Source: Thermodesulfobacteriota bacterium (lineage in GTDB: Bacteria; Desulfobacterota; Desulfobulbia; Desulfobulbales; SURF-16). Taken from it: 64,000 bases of DNA. A program made the position numbers and the translations under genes. The notes under the pieces are model-generated. The model saw only the letters and a program-made list of their open reading frames with translations. It made no database searches and was not told where the DNA came from. Positions within the stretch are counted from its first letter, which is position 1. Each line of letters begins with the position of its first letter. Shown here piece by piece: positions 53,174 through 63,584 of this stretch. The DNA lies in the NCBI GenBank assembly GCA_049323935.1, contig JBMONN010000022.1, positions 29,890 through 93,889 of the forward strand, read 5' to 3'.

Positions 53174-53282
53174 GTTTTTTTTCACCACAGAGCGCACTGA
53201 GGACGCAGAGAAAACATCTTTAATTACAATCAGTTATCTCTGTGCGCTCTGTGGTTAATTTTCACTTTTTACGAGACCATCA
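53174..53282 (+). repeat. Family-A element, copy 8 (left terminus missing)
   Basis: CACCACAGAGCGCACTGAGGACGCAGAG...TTACAATCAGTTA...ACTTTTTACGAGACCATCA. Confidence 0.9.
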
Positions 53283-53315
53283 ATCTTGCCGTCTCTTCCA
53301 TTGGAGAAAAGAGCG

Positions 53316-54308
53316 ATGTCTTCCCGATCACGCTGGCCGTTTTTCCTGCTGCTCTTCCTGCCGCTTGTCCTTGCCGGCTGCGCCGCCCTGTCGCCGGAGG
53401 CGCCGCGGTCAGGGCCTCCTCTCCTCTATCTGCCGCCGGATGATCCGGGCCTGCTGGCCCGTCATGCCCCGCTTTTTGTGCCTCAGTCGCTCCGGCAGAG
53501 CCATAACCGCATCGGCCGCCCCTCCCTTCGTTCAGCGGGCCCCGGTGACGAGGGAGACGATGCCTTTGTCGATCCCTCACAGGCGATCATCTATGCCGAG
53601 AGTCGGCGTTTTGCCACCGGCCGGGGGCACTACACCAACCTCATCTACCGCATCCATTTTCCTGCCGTCCCGCTCGCCCATCTCACCGCCGGTCGCAATT
53701 CCGGCCTGATCGTCATCGTTACCCTGGATGCCGATGCCCGTCCGTTGCTGGTGACCACGGTCCATACCTGCGGCTGTTACCGTGCCATGGTGCCGACCTC
53801 CCTCCTGGACCCGGCGGCCCTGCCGGCGGGATGGGAGGAGGCGGAGCCGCAGCGGCTGTGGGGTGAGAACCTGCCCGCCATCCTCCGTTATGATGATGGC
53901 GACAAGGGCCAACCGCGCCTGCTCGTTTTTCTCCGGGACGACACCCACCGGGTCATGGACCTGCGCTTTGCCGGGATGAGCGAGGTGAGGCGGAATTTCA
54001 CAACCGTGCCGATCGGATTTGCGCCGATGGCGGCGCTCGCCTCTTTGCCTCGGCCAGAGGGGGGAAGTGGTTCGTTTTTTGAGGAGGAGGGCTGGCGCAA
54101 GGGCTATGTCAAAGACTCATTCAAGCCGTGGGAGATGCTGCTGATCAGCTGGTGGGCCCTGGATTTTCATGTGGGATGCGACAAGGAGTACGGTGATCCT
54201 TCCACCTCGGACACCGTCTTCTACACCAGTCTGAAACCGTGGAACCGCCTGAAATCAGATATGCGTGATTTTGCCGCCTTTCTTGCCTTCTGGGGCTGGC
54301 GGTTGTAA
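53316..54308 (+). CDS. Hypothetical lipoprotein
   Basis: Lipobox LAGC; long ORF with a VHTCGCY motif; no family recognised. Confidence 0.7.
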   Translation: MSSRSRWPFFLLLFLPLVLAGCAALSPEAPRSGPPLLYLPPDDPGLLARHAPLFVPQSLRQSHNRIGRPSLRSAGPGDEGDDAFVDPSQAIIYAESRRFATGRGHYTNLIYRIHFPAVPLAHLTAGRNSGLIVIVTLDADARPLLVTTVHTCGCYRAMVPTSLLDPAALPAGWEEAEPQRLWGENLPAILRYDDGDKGQPRLLVFLRDDTHRVMDLRFAGMSEVRRNFTTVPIGFAPMAALASLPRPEGGSGSFFEEEGWRKGYVKDSFKPWEMLLISWWALDFHVGCDKEYGDPSTSDTVFYTSLKPWNRLKSDMRDFAAFLAFWGWRL

Positions 54309-54339
54309 TGCCTTTCCCGGCAATGACGGCCGCCCGGCT

Positions 54340-54540
54340 TCAGCAGGTCGGCTCATTGCCCTCCCTGGCGAAATGGGTATTTAAGAACTCGCACTCAAGC
54401 GGCGACAGGTCAAAGCGCAATTCCGCCTCCCGGTAGAGGGCCTCTCGTTTTTTTTCGGGATGTTCTTTGAGTTCCTCGCATACCCAGCGAATGACTTTCT
54501 TCATCCTGTCTCCAGGGGGCTGGAGAGACTTGCAGCTCAT
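54340..54540 (-). CDS. Small hypothetical protein downstream of glgB
   Basis: AAAGGAG RBS; 66 aa helical protein with RFDLSPLECEFL. Confidence 0.65.
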   Translation of the reverse strand: MSCKSLQPPGDRMKKVIRWVCEELKEHPEKKREALYREAELRFDLSPLECEFLNTHFAREGNEPTC

Positions 54541-54558
54541 CGACAACTCCTTTTCATT

Positions 54559-56760
54559 TTATCGGCGTACCGGCTTGAAGACAACGCCGGACAGCGGCGG
54601 CACCGTCACCGTGATATGGTAGCGAGCCTCGCCGAAGGGTTCGGCGTAAGGGGTTTTGATCTGGGGGTTGCCGACATTGCTGCCGCCGAAGGAGGCCTCG
54701 TCCGAACAGAAGATCTCCTGGTAATCGGTCAGCTCCGGCACCCCGACCTTGTAGTGGTAATGGACCTGCGGGGTCATATTGAGTAGGCAGACGACATGAT
54801 CGGCCGGATTTCTGCCGAAACGGGCATAGGCGATGATCGAGTTGTCGACATCCCTGAAATCCATCCACTGAAAACCGCTGAAGGAAAAATCCACCTGCCA
54901 GAGGGCGGGTTGCTTTTTGTAGAACTCGTTGAGTTTCTCAACATAGAACTGGAGCTGATGGTGGAGTGCCTCCTGCTCGGGCAGATGCCAGTCGAGGCTC
55001 ACCTTGCAGTACCATTCCGAGATCTGGCCGAATTCTCCGCCCATGAACAGCAGTTTTTTGCCGGGATGGGTCCAGAGGAAAAAATAGAGCAGCCGCAGGT
55101 TGGCGAACTGCTGCCAGCGATCGCCCGGCATCTTGGCCAGCAGTGATTTTTTGCCGTGCACCACCTCGTCGTGGGAGAGGGGCAGGACAAAATTCTCGGA
55201 AAAGGCGTAGAGCAGGGAAAAGGTGAGGTTGTTGTGGTGGTATTTCCGGTAGATGGGATCGCGGCTGAAATAGTTGAGCATGTCGTTCATCCAGCCCATG
55301 TTCCATTTGAAACCAAAGCCCAGCCCCCCCTGATCCGTTGGTCTTGATACCCCGTAGAAGCTGGTTGACTCCTCGGCGATCATGGCGACATCGGGATGGC
55401 GCTGATAAACAATGGCGTTGAGGTGTTTGATAAAGTCGATGGCCTCGAGATTTTCCTTGCCGCCGTAACGATTGGGGATCCAGTCGCCCTCTGTTCTGCC
55501 GTAGTCAAGATAGAGCATGGAGGCCACCGCATCGACGCGAATGCCGTCGATATGATACTTGTCGAACCAGAAGAGGGCGCTGGCCAGGAGAAAATTTGCC
55601 ACCTCACGGCGACCGTAGTTGAAGATCAGGGTGCGCCATTCCGGATGGGAACCCTGGCGGGGATCCTCATGTTCGTAAAGAGCGGTGCCGTCAAAACGGG
55701 ACAGGCTGTGTCCGTCGGTGGGGAAATGGGACGGAACCCAGTCGAGAATGACGCCGATATCGTTCTGATGGCAGCGGTCAACGAAGTACATGAAGTCCTG
55801 GGGGGGGCCGAATCTGCTGGTCACGGCAAAGTAACCGGTGGTCTGGTAGCCCCATGATTCATCCAGCGGGTGTTCGGTCACCGGCAGCAGCTCGATGTGG
55901 GTGAATCCCATTTTTTTGACATAGGGGATCAGGCTGTCGGCAAGTTCACGGAAGGAGAGGAAGCGTTCTGGGTTGGCGGGGTCGCGTCGCCATGAGCCGG
56001 GATGGACTTCATAGATGGAGACGGGCTGGTCATAAAGTTTGGTGGTGCGTCGTTTCTCCATCCAGGCCTGATCCTGCCAGGCGTAGCCGTCGATGCTCCA
56101 TACCACCGAGGCGCTTTTCGGGCGGATTTCGGCCAGGAACTGCAAGGGATCGGCCTTTTCGACGATATCGTTGGTCGGGGTGCGGATCTCGTACTTGTAG
56201 ATTTCTCCCTGAAAAACGCCGGGAATAAACAGCTCCCAGATGCCGGATGAGCCGAGTACCCGCATCTGATGGACACGGCCGTCCCAGTAATTAAAATTGC
56301 CGATGACGCTGACCCGTCGGGCTGCCGGGGCCCAGACCCGGAAGATGGTACCCTCGACGCCGTCGATCACCGTCTGATGGGCACCAAGTTTATCGTAGAG
56401 CTGATAATGGGTGCCGTGGTTGAAGAGGTGGCGATCGTATTCGGAGAGCTGGGGCAGAAAGCGATAGGGATCGACATAGGTGCGGATGACGTTGTTATAG
56501 CAGGTGGCCTCAAAAAAATAGGTGAACGGGGTCGAGTAGTCGGGGACCACGATCTCGAACAGCCCTTCGTCCCGCATTTTGTACATGTCGCGTCGTTCGT
56601 CCCCCATCACCAGGCGGACCGATTCCGCCAAGGGAAGAAAGGTGCGGATAATGGCGGAATTCGGATCATGTTCGAGCACATGGACGCCAAGGACCAGAAA
56701 GGGATCGTGATGGTCGGAGGCGATGACCTTGTCAAGTTCGTGGGTTATGTCAATTGTCAT
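54559..56760 (-). CDS. glgB: 1,4-alpha-glucan branching enzyme
   Basis: [35 protein letters not shown]. Confidence 0.97.
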   Translation of the reverse strand: MTIDITHELDKVIASDHHDPFLVLGVHVLEHDPNSAIIRTFLPLAESVRLVMGDERRDMYKMRDEGLFEIVVPDYSTPFTYFFEATCYNNVIRTYVDPYRFLPQLSEYDRHLFNHGTHYQLYDKLGAHQTVIDGVEGTIFRVWAPAARRVSVIGNFNYWDGRVHQMRVLGSSGIWELFIPGVFQGEIYKYEIRTPTNDIVEKADPLQFLAEIRPKSASVVWSIDGYAWQDQAWMEKRRTTKLYDQPVSIYEVHPGSWRRDPANPERFLSFRELADSLIPYVKKMGFTHIELLPVTEHPLDESWGYQTTGYFAVTSRFGPPQDFMYFVDRCHQNDIGVILDWVPSHFPTDGHSLSRFDGTALYEHEDPRQGSHPEWRTLIFNYGRREVANFLLASALFWFDKYHIDGIRVDAVASMLYLDYGRTEGDWIPNRYGGKENLEAIDFIKHLNAIVYQRHPDVAMIAEESTSFYGVSRPTDQGGLGFGFKWNMGWMNDMLNYFSRDPIYRKYHHNNLTFSLLYAFSENFVLPLSHDEVVHGKKSLLAKMPGDRWQQFANLRLLYFFLWTHPGKKLLFMGGEFGQISEWYCKVSLDWHLPEQEALHHQLQFYVEKLNEFYKKQPALWQVDFSFSGFQWMDFRDVDNSIIAYARFGRNPADHVVCLLNMTPQVHYHYKVGVPELTDYQEIFCSDEASFGGSNVGNPQIKTPYAEPFGEARYHITVTVPPLSGVVFKPVRR

Positions 56761-57048
56761 GCTGTTCCTTCTTCTCTTTGTATGATGATGAGTTAGGGCT
56801 TATTCACAAATAAGCTTTTAGCTGATGCGAGGATTGAGAAATCTCGTCAGTGTTATGATCAGGGAGTCGGCGAGAGTAACGAAAAAATTGTAGCATATTT
56901 TCACGGACAATCCCTATTATTTTTCGCAGGAATGCGCCCGCCTCGGCAAAGAGCCGGGGCGCTGCATCCATGCCGGCGGGTGGGGGCAGGTCGGTCCGGT
57001 CGGTAGAGGGCGAGCTTGTGCCGACAGTTCGTGGTTGACGGGGAAGGG

Positions 57049-57183
57049 TGATTGTCGCGTGAAAAACTGAAAATCAACCACAGAGATCACAAGGCACCGA
57101 AAGGTAACTAGTTGTAATCTGAAATCTTTTCTCTGCGTCCTCTGTGCGCTCTGTGGTAAAAAAGATCTTTTACGGTTTTGTCA
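57049..57183 (-). repeat. Family-A element, copy 9
   Basis: TGATTGTCGCGTGAAAAACT..ACCACAGAG...TAACTAGTTGTAAT...CTCTGTGGT...TTTTACGGTTTTGTCA. Confidence 0.9.
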
Positions 57184-57230
57184 GAATTGAGAAGTCGAAG
57201 GAATGGTTTTATTCCATAACCAAGAAACTG

Positions 57231-58127
57231 TTATGCCTCATAGAGCCAGTTGTTGAATTCGGCAAGCAGGCCCTCTTTCAGGGCATTGTTCGCGCCCGGG
57301 GCTGTTGCAAACGGCAGCTCGGCGCCAACCCGGTTGATCGCCTGATGGGCAAGCGGCAGGCTGAACGGGGCAAGGCGCGGATGGTTGTCCACCATCTCCC
57401 GGATTTTTTCCTGCATGCGTCGGGCGGTCGGCATGGCGCGGTGGTCGCCGGCGTTGAAGGGCTTCTGATCGATTGGCGGGCTTGTCAGCCGTCCTTCGAG
57501 AAAGTCTTTGATCTGTTGCCATTGTGCGTGCAGCATTTCGGCATATTTCATTTCGTCTGTGCGCGCCTCATCAATGCGCGAGGATATTTCAGTAAAATTT
57601 TCTGCCAGGATCTGTCCCATGTTCTCTGCGGCCGGGACAGGATGGTATTCGGTCAGCTGGGAGAGGGACCAGCTCTGCCGGGAGCTGAATGAGGCGGAAA
57701 GCTGGCTGACGGACCCCATGTCGCCGATCTCTATGGCCTTCTTCATGGCCTGATCCGTGTTGCCGTTGTAAAACTGATGGGCGATGGCGGCAAGATCCTC
57801 CATCAGAGCGGCAATGTCCGCCAGCTCTTCTTCGTTGAGGTCGCCGGCCACGGAAAGAGACAAGGATTCGGCGGAAAACCGGGTGGCAGTGAAGTTGAAC
57901 CCGCGCTGCAAGGGCGTGGCCCATCTTTCCATGCTCCCGGATCTGGCGTATTCCTGACTGGCGGCGATGGTGACCACATCCCCTTCTGCCGTGGTGAGTT
58001 CAATGCGCGCCTCCCGGCTCAGGGCGGCTGCTTCCTGATAGCTGATCAGCCCTTTGTCCTGGGCGGCAAGGCGAGAGATATTCTGCTGGCAGCAGGGCGG
58101 GTTGGCATTGCTGATGGCTGTTGTCAT
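57231..58127 (-). CDS. Hypothetical protein, probably sigma28-regulated
   Basis: Long ORF with IELTTAEGDVVTI and SVAGDLNEEELADI; Ser/Ala-rich. Confidence 0.7.
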   Translation of the reverse strand: MTTAISNANPPCCQQNISRLAAQDKGLISYQEAAALSREARIELTTAEGDVVTIAASQEYARSGSMERWATPLQRGFNFTATRFSAESLSLSVAGDLNEEELADIAALMEDLAAIAHQFYNGNTDQAMKKAIEIGDMGSVSQLSASFSSRQSWSLSQLTEYHPVPAAENMGQILAENFTEISSRIDEARTDEMKYAEMLHAQWQQIKDFLEGRLTSPPIDQKPFNAGDHRAMPTARRMQEKIREMVDNHPRLAPFSLPLAHQAINRVGAELPFATAPGANNALKEGLLAEFNNWLYEA

Positions 58128-58174
58128 GGGGAGTCTCCGCAGCTGATTTTTTGTCATTTCGGGGCATACATGAC

Positions 58175-58201
58175 CTATCGGCAGTTGCGGAGAAATCTTG
58201 A
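58175..58201 (-). promoter_or_regulatory. Sigma28 (FliA) promoter
   Basis: TCAA-N15-GCCGATAG on the minus strand, ~50 bp upstream of ATG 58127. Confidence 0.75.
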
Positions 58202-58211
58202 GGACGTCTCC

Positions 58212-60386
58212 TTATTTTTTTTCCGGATCGCTGTGATACATCTTACGTAACTGCTGCAGTCTCCTGCTGACCGCCTCGGGCAGGTGCAGTCCGTATCGTT
58301 CCACATATTCGGCAGCCATGCGATGGGTGTTGAAGATGGGACAGTTGAACTGCAGGTTGCAGATGCACTTGTCAATGTACCGATCATGCCGGTCGTGTTC
58401 ATAAAATGCGGCGAGGATTTCCGGAAAAATTTCGTAGAACGAATCCGAGTCCTGTTCATAAAGCAGGGCATTGGGCGCTTCGCTGAGCGAGTTGTCGTCG
58501 ATGGCATCCTCGTAACCGAATTTCCAGCCGGTCTTGCCGTCGTGGTAGCCTTCGACCCACCAGCCGTCCATGGTGCTGATGTTGGGCACGCCGTTCATCG
58601 CCGCTTTCATGCCGCTGGTGCCGCTTGCCTCCAGGGGTCGCTTCGGGCTGTTGAGCCAGGCATGCGAACCGGCAACCATCATTTTGGCGATCTGCATGTC
58701 ATAGCCGGGGATGAAAACAAGTTTGGCCAGCCCCTTGCTCTTGCGGTAGAGATCCTCCTGGATGTCGAGCACCAGTTTGATAATCGATTTGCCCGGTTCG
58801 TCGGAAGGATGAGCCTTGCCGGCATAGATGAAGTTGACCGGAAAGCTGTTTTTGACGATGATGTCGGACAGGGCGTCGATGTCGTCGAAGATGAGGTCGG
58901 CCCGTTTATAGGTGGAAAATCGTCGGGCAAAGCCGATGGTGAAAACATCCGGACTCAGGGTCTGTCCGCCGTTATCAAGAAGGGAAAGGTAGTTAGGTGG
59001 GTCGATCCATGTTTCATGCATCTGTTTGCGATGCAGGGCGAGCATATCATTGATATAGGCGATCAGCTTAACAGTGTCCTGGTGCCAGGCCTGACGAAAC
59101 CCCTCACGGAAGGGCTCCGAGGTGAGCAGCAGCCCGGCGTTGACGAAAACAGCGGGATCGTCGCGCCAGTTTTTCAGTTCGACAAAGCTGTCGTAGAGAG
59201 CGGCCTTGGCGTCGCTGATCCAGGTCAGATGGTGGACGCCATTGGTGATGGCGCTGATCTTATCGGCAAACTGGGGAAACTGTTTGCGGGTGACCTCCTT
59301 GTGCAAGCGGCTGACACTGTTGGTTGCCCGGTTGACCCGCATGGCCAGGGTGGTGAAGTTGAACTGATGCGGGTGCTCCTCGTCCTGGGCGAGCAGATGC
59401 AACACCCTGCCGCAAAAGGCGTGGCCGATCTGACTGATGATGTTTTTGTCAAATCGGTCATGGCCGGCCTTGACCGGGGTATGGATGGTAAAGACGACCT
59501 GTTGTGCGGCCTGCTGAGCCGCCGCCAGAATATCGCTGTCCGTCGCCATGGATTGGTAGTCACGGCCCAGTTTCTCTTCCAGTCTTTCAGCAATGAGGTT
59601 CAGGACCAGGACGACGCCGTGCTGTTCGTTGAGATGAAAGGTCGAACCGGTCAGTCCCAGTTTCCTTTTGACCGCAACGACCGAGGCGCCGAGCAACCGT
59701 CGCTGCACCGCCTTGGCCTGGTCGGAAACACTGTCGTAGAGTTGCTGGGAAACCTGTCTGATAAATTCGGGAGAAGAGGGAATGCTGTAGTCGAGGAGAA
59801 TCTCCGGAACGAAAAAATCGAGGGTGGCGTTGATTTCCATCTTGACCCAGAGGCGGGCGGTGGCCAGCACCTCTCGATCATATTCGTCATAAAAGGGAAC
59901 TTCGATTTCCATGGGAAGATCCGGAAAATCCGGGTTTTTCATCTGATAGAGGGTGGGAGTGTTTTCCGGAGACCAGTCGGTGGCGGTGGAGATCTGGCCG
60001 AGGCGGGAATCAACCAGCTGGGAAAAATATCCCTTGCGATAGAGCAGGGAAATGGCAACGCAGGGAATCCGCAGATCGGCAAAACTTTTCAAAGTGTCAC
60101 CCGCCAGGATGCCGAGTCCGCCGCTGTAGTTGGGAATTTTGTCCGGGCCGTGGAGAAAGAGCCGCGAGAAATGGCGCAGCATATTTGATGATGATTTGTC
60201 GATGGAGGTGTCCTGCAGCCAGTTTTTGACCGGATGGTAGACATCCCGGTCCGCGCCTATCTCCATGGAAATATAGATGACGGAATTGCCGTCCGCTGCG
60301 GTGAGGTTGTTCCAGACGGTATCAAGGGTTTTCTGGGTTATTCCGAAAAAGGTTCCCCAGCGGTTGGTGGCTATCATGTTTTTCAT
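58212..60386 (-). CDS. glgP: Alpha-glucan (glycogen) phosphorylase
   Basis: YSGGLGILAGD, HLNE, TNGVH, FARRFSTYKR, EASGTSGMK; start placed at MKNMIA (uncertain). Confidence 0.92.
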   Translation of the reverse strand: MKNMIATNRWGTFFGITQKTLDTVWNNLTAADGNSVIYISMEIGADRDVYHPVKNWLQDTSIDKSSSNMLRHFSRLFLHGPDKIPNYSGGLGILAGDTLKSFADLRIPCVAISLLYRKGYFSQLVDSRLGQISTATDWSPENTPTLYQMKNPDFPDLPMEIEVPFYDEYDREVLATARLWVKMEINATLDFFVPEILLDYSIPSSPEFIRQVSQQLYDSVSDQAKAVQRRLLGASVVAVKRKLGLTGSTFHLNEQHGVVLVLNLIAERLEEKLGRDYQSMATDSDILAAAQQAAQQVVFTIHTPVKAGHDRFDKNIISQIGHAFCGRVLHLLAQDEEHPHQFNFTTLAMRVNRATNSVSRLHKEVTRKQFPQFADKISAITNGVHHLTWISDAKAALYDSFVELKNWRDDPAVFVNAGLLLTSEPFREGFRQAWHQDTVKLIAYINDMLALHRKQMHETWIDPPNYLSLLDNGGQTLSPDVFTIGFARRFSTYKRADLIFDDIDALSDIIVKNSFPVNFIYAGKAHPSDEPGKSIIKLVLDIQEDLYRKSKGLAKLVFIPGYDMQIAKMMVAGSHAWLNSPKRPLEASGTSGMKAAMNGVPNISTMDGWWVEGYHDGKTGWKFGYEDAIDDNSLSEAPNALLYEQDSDSFYEIFPEILAAFYEHDRHDRYIDKCICNLQFNCPIFNTHRMAAEYVERYGLHLPEAVSRRLQQLRKMYHSDPEKK

Positions 60387-60795
60387 GGTCGTGGTGTGTT
60401 CCGCAAGGCAAAAATTGATGGTCCGCGCAAAAACCCGCAAACCATGGCGGGCGGCAAAGTGAAAACAAGGAGTTGCAATGCTCCGCCCGTCGGAATCGTG
60501 GCTTTTTACGATTTCGACAATAATCAGGAAAGAAAACAGTGAAGGATATTTTTGACGGTATCGATAAATTTTGCAAGAAATTTGATGAAGTTGCATGTAT
60601 AATAGTTTATTAAAAAAAAAATAGCGATTTCCCTTGCCACTTTCAGGAGGAGCAGGTATCATTTAATGGTTCATTAGTGTATCAAACAAATATAAGGATC
60701 TTCTTGTTGAGAGAGGTTGTTATCGCCTGGAAAATTTTTTTTTCAGGTTTTTTTTATTCAGCACTTCACGTTTTTTTGTCGAGAAAGGAGGCAAA

Positions 60796-61353
60796 ATGAT
60801 GAAGGTAAAACAGGTTCGGATGTTGGCAGTCGCGTCGTTGATGGTTTCTGTTGCGTTCGTTGCTGGTGGTTGCGCCAAAAAGGCAGTCCCCACCGAGGAA
60901 GCACCGGTGGCCCCTGTTGAGAAACCGCGGGTGGATGTTGGTGAAAGGATGGGCGGCGAGGAGTCCCTCGATTCCAACCCTTACACCGCCGCCAATGCGA
61001 AAATCTCCGAGGGCAGAACTCATGGTCCCATGCTCCCGATCTATTTTGATTTCGACAAGTCCGATATTCGCGACGATCAGAAATCGCGCCTCGAGGGGAA
61101 TGGTGATTTTCTGCGGTCCTATCCCACCGTACAGATCACCATCGAGGGCAACTGTGACGAGCGCGGCACCAACGAGTACAACATGGCCCTTGGCGAACGT
61201 CGTGCCCTGCAGGCCAAGACCTATCTCGTCAACCTTGGTGTTGCCGAGAGCAGGCTGAACACCGTCAGCTATGGCGAAGAAAAACCGCTTCTCTATGGCC
61301 ATGACGAGTACTCATGGGCGCAGAATCGTCGCGATGATTTTGTAATTCGCTAA
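60796..61353 (+). CDS. pal: Peptidoglycan-associated lipoprotein
   Basis: Lipobox AGGC, IYFDFDK, EGNCDERGTNEYNMALGERRA, SYGEEKP, NRR. Confidence 0.95.
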   Translation: MMKVKQVRMLAVASLMVSVAFVAGGCAKKAVPTEEAPVAPVEKPRVDVGERMGGEESLDSNPYTAANAKISEGRTHGPMLPIYFDFDKSDIRDDQKSRLEGNGDFLRSYPTVQITIEGNCDERGTNEYNMALGERRALQAKTYLVNLGVAESRLNTVSYGEEKPLLYGHDEYSWAQNRRDDFVIR

Positions 61354-61372
61354 GATTTTTTTCCGTCCGACG

Positions 61373-61410
61373 AAAGCCGGGAAAGACTCTCCAGTCTTCC
61401 CGGCTTTTTT
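61373..61410 (+). terminator. Rho-independent terminator after pal
   Basis: AAAGCCGGGAAAGACT-CTCC-AGTCTTCCCGGCTTTTTT. Confidence 0.8.
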
Positions 61411-61477
61411 GTATGGCTTTTCATGTGCCGCAGCTTCCCGCATGCGGCCGAGATGTTGTCTGAATCAGGAGAGAACC

Positions 61478-62032
61478 ATGAAACGTATGCAAGCAGTGGC
61501 ATTGTGGTGTCTGATTGGTGTGGCGGTTCTCTGTATTGCGCCTGGACCGGTTTTTTCGGCGGGCGCAATGAAGGTGGCCACCATCAGTCTCCAGGAGGTG
61601 CTCACCCAGTCGAAAGCCGGACAGGCCGCCCAGAAACAGCTTGAGGGCAAGGTGCAGGAATTTCAGGATAAATTTGGTAAGGAACAGTCGGCTCTTGAGT
61701 CGCTCGGTGAGGAGATCGAAAAGAAACGTTCTGTCTGGGGCCGGGAAACCCTTGAACAGAAAGAACGTGACTACCAGATGAGGATGCGGGAGTTCAAGCT
61801 CAAGACCGATGATGCGCAATTTGAGCTGAAGCAGCTTGAGAAAAAAATCATGGAGCCGATTCTGAAGGATCTCCATGAGCTGATTGCCGAATACGGCAAG
61901 AAGGAAAATTATCTCCTGATTCTGGAAAATACCCGCAAGGGGCTCAGCTCGCGAACCGGTCTGCTCTACGCCGACGAATCAACCGATATTACCCCGGAAA
62001 TCCTGAAGCTTCTCGACGCCCGAGGGAAATAG
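61478..62032 (+). CDS. skp: OmpH/Skp periplasmic chaperone
   Basis: Signal peptide, KVATISLQEVL..SKAG, coiled coil, LLYA...DIT. Confidence 0.88.
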   Translation: MKRMQAVALWCLIGVAVLCIAPGPVFSAGAMKVATISLQEVLTQSKAGQAAQKQLEGKVQEFQDKFGKEQSALESLGEEIEKKRSVWGRETLEQKERDYQMRMREFKLKTDDAQFELKQLEKKIMEPILKDLHELIAEYGKKENYLLILENTRKGLSSRTGLLYADESTDITPEILKLLDARGK

Positions 62033-62044
62033 CCGTTTCGATTG

Positions 62045-62114
62045 CGCCACGGAGATAAGTGCTTGTTGAAAGTCTTTTCTCTGTGGTCTCTGTGGTAAAA
62101 AAATTACGGGTTCA
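62045..62114 (-). repeat. Family-A element, copy 10 (shortened) between convergent genes
   Basis: CCACGGAGATAAGTGCTTG...TTTTCTCTGTGGTCTCTGTGGTAAAAAAATTACGGGTTCA. Confidence 0.7.
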
Positions 62115-63584
62115 TTATTTTTCTTTCCCTGCCGGCCACGGCAGCAACGGCAGCAGGGCCATGGCCGGCAGGGAAAGACAGAAGCTCGCCCCGAAGAACC
62201 AGCCATACCCCCACCATTTTACGAGAAAGCCGCTGAAGGCGCCGGCATAGACGCCGGAAACACTCATCAGTCCGGTGCCGATGGCATAATGGGCTGCCTT
62301 GAAATTGCCCTTGCACAGGCCCATGAGAAAGGTCATGAGCACGGCGGTGCCCAACCCTCCGGCCAGTGAGTCGAAGGACACGACCCCGCAGGTCAGCAGC
62401 AGATCGATTCCTCCCACCGGCTGGACCATTCCACCATTCCCGCCCTGTCCCTCCCCCAGCAGATAAAAGGCCAGCAGCATGTAGACGACATTGGTCAGGT
62501 TCTGGGCCAGCAGAAAGGGCCAGATCATTTTTTGCAATGATTTTCTGGCAATGAGCCAGCCGCCTGCCATGGCGCCGACAATGGAGCAGGGCAGCCCGAT
62601 CCCGCCGGTGATCCAGCCGTAATGCTCTTTCAGCCCCGCATCGATGAAGAACGGGCCGGTCATGGCTGAGAGGAGAAATTCGCCGGCCCGGACCAGGATG
62701 ATAAAGAGGATGATGATCGTGATTCGTTGCTGATCGAGAAAGGAGAGAAAGGCCCTGGCAAAGATGGAATCCGGCTTTTGCCGGATGCGGGCGATCATCC
62801 TGCCGCGCAGGGGGATGGCGAGCAGCAGGGAGAGCAGCAGTAGGATCCCGGTTGCATCGGCCAGCGGCAGGCGCAGAAAAGCGGCGCGGGCCCAGTCGTG
62901 AAAAAGAAGGGCGACAGCAAACAGCAGGCCGGCAATCAGCAGCCCCGCTGCCGGGGAGGCGAGAATCCGGCCGGCCAGGCCGGCCAGGGGCCGTCTTTCC
63001 GTTTCGCAACGGGGAAGAAAGAGGAAGTGGAAGAGCAGGAGGAGGGCGAGCAGGCAGGCGGCGAGACCAAAGGCTGCGGTCCAGCCGCTGCGACTGCCCA
63101 GGGTGACGATGACCCCGCTGCCGAACATCATGGCGATGCGGTAGGCCATGACCCGGTAGCCGACAAATCGTGCCTGACCGGCCTGATCGAGGGCTTCGAG
63201 ATAGTAGCCGTCGATGGCGGTGTCGTGGGTGGCGGCGACAAAACTTGCCAAGAGAAAAAAGAGGGCGACCATGGGCATGGCCCATGTCTGCCCGGCGGTC
63301 AGGGTAATCGCGCAGAAAAGAAAAAAAAGCAGAGCCTCGGTGACGAGCAGCCATTGCCGCTTGGTGGCGAAGGTGTCGAGCAGGGGGGCCCAGAGGAATT
63401 TGAAGATCCACGCCAGGCCAAACAGGGAGGTCAGGCCGGTGGCCTCCAGGCTGACCCCGCTGGCCCGGAAAAAAAAGGAGGAAATGGTGCGGATCAGCGA
63501 ATAGGGGAGGCCCTCGGCGAAGTAGGTAGTAAAGGCCCAGAGAAAGGCGGGCGTGTTATTCCGGGCGGCGCGCTTTTCCCTCAC
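62115..63584 (-). CDS. AmpG-like MFS transporter
   Basis: YFAEGLPY, KFLWAPLLD, ATHDTAIDGYY, AAHYAIGT. Confidence 0.85.
   Translation of the reverse strand: MREKRAARNNTPAFLWAFTTYFAEGLPYSLIRTISSFFFRASGVSLEATGLTSLFGLAWIFKFLWAPLLDTFATKRQWLLVTEALLFFLFCAITLTAGQTWAMPMVALFFLLASFVAATHDTAIDGYYLEALDQAGQARFVGYRVMAYRIAMMFGSGVIVTLGSRSGWTAAFGLAACLLALLLLFHFLFLPRCETERRPLAGLAGRILASPAAGLLIAGLLFAVALLFHDWARAAFLRLPLADATGILLLLSLLLAIPLRGRMIARIRQKPDSIFARAFLSFLDQQRITIIILFIILVRAGEFLLSAMTGPFFIDAGLKEHYGWITGGIGLPCSIVGAMAGGWLIARKSLQKMIWPFLLAQNLTNVVYMLLAFYLLGEGQGGNGGMVQPVGGIDLLLTCGVVSFDSLAGGLGTAVLMTFLMGLCKGNFKAAHYAIGTGLMSVSGVYAGAFSGFLVKWWGYGWFFGASFCLSLPAMALLPLLPWPAGKEK

Noticed and set aside
60387-60662. N-terminal extension of the glgP ORF to 60662
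   Set aside because: AT-rich sequence typical of the divergent glgP/pal promoter region, with a translation unlike phosphorylase.
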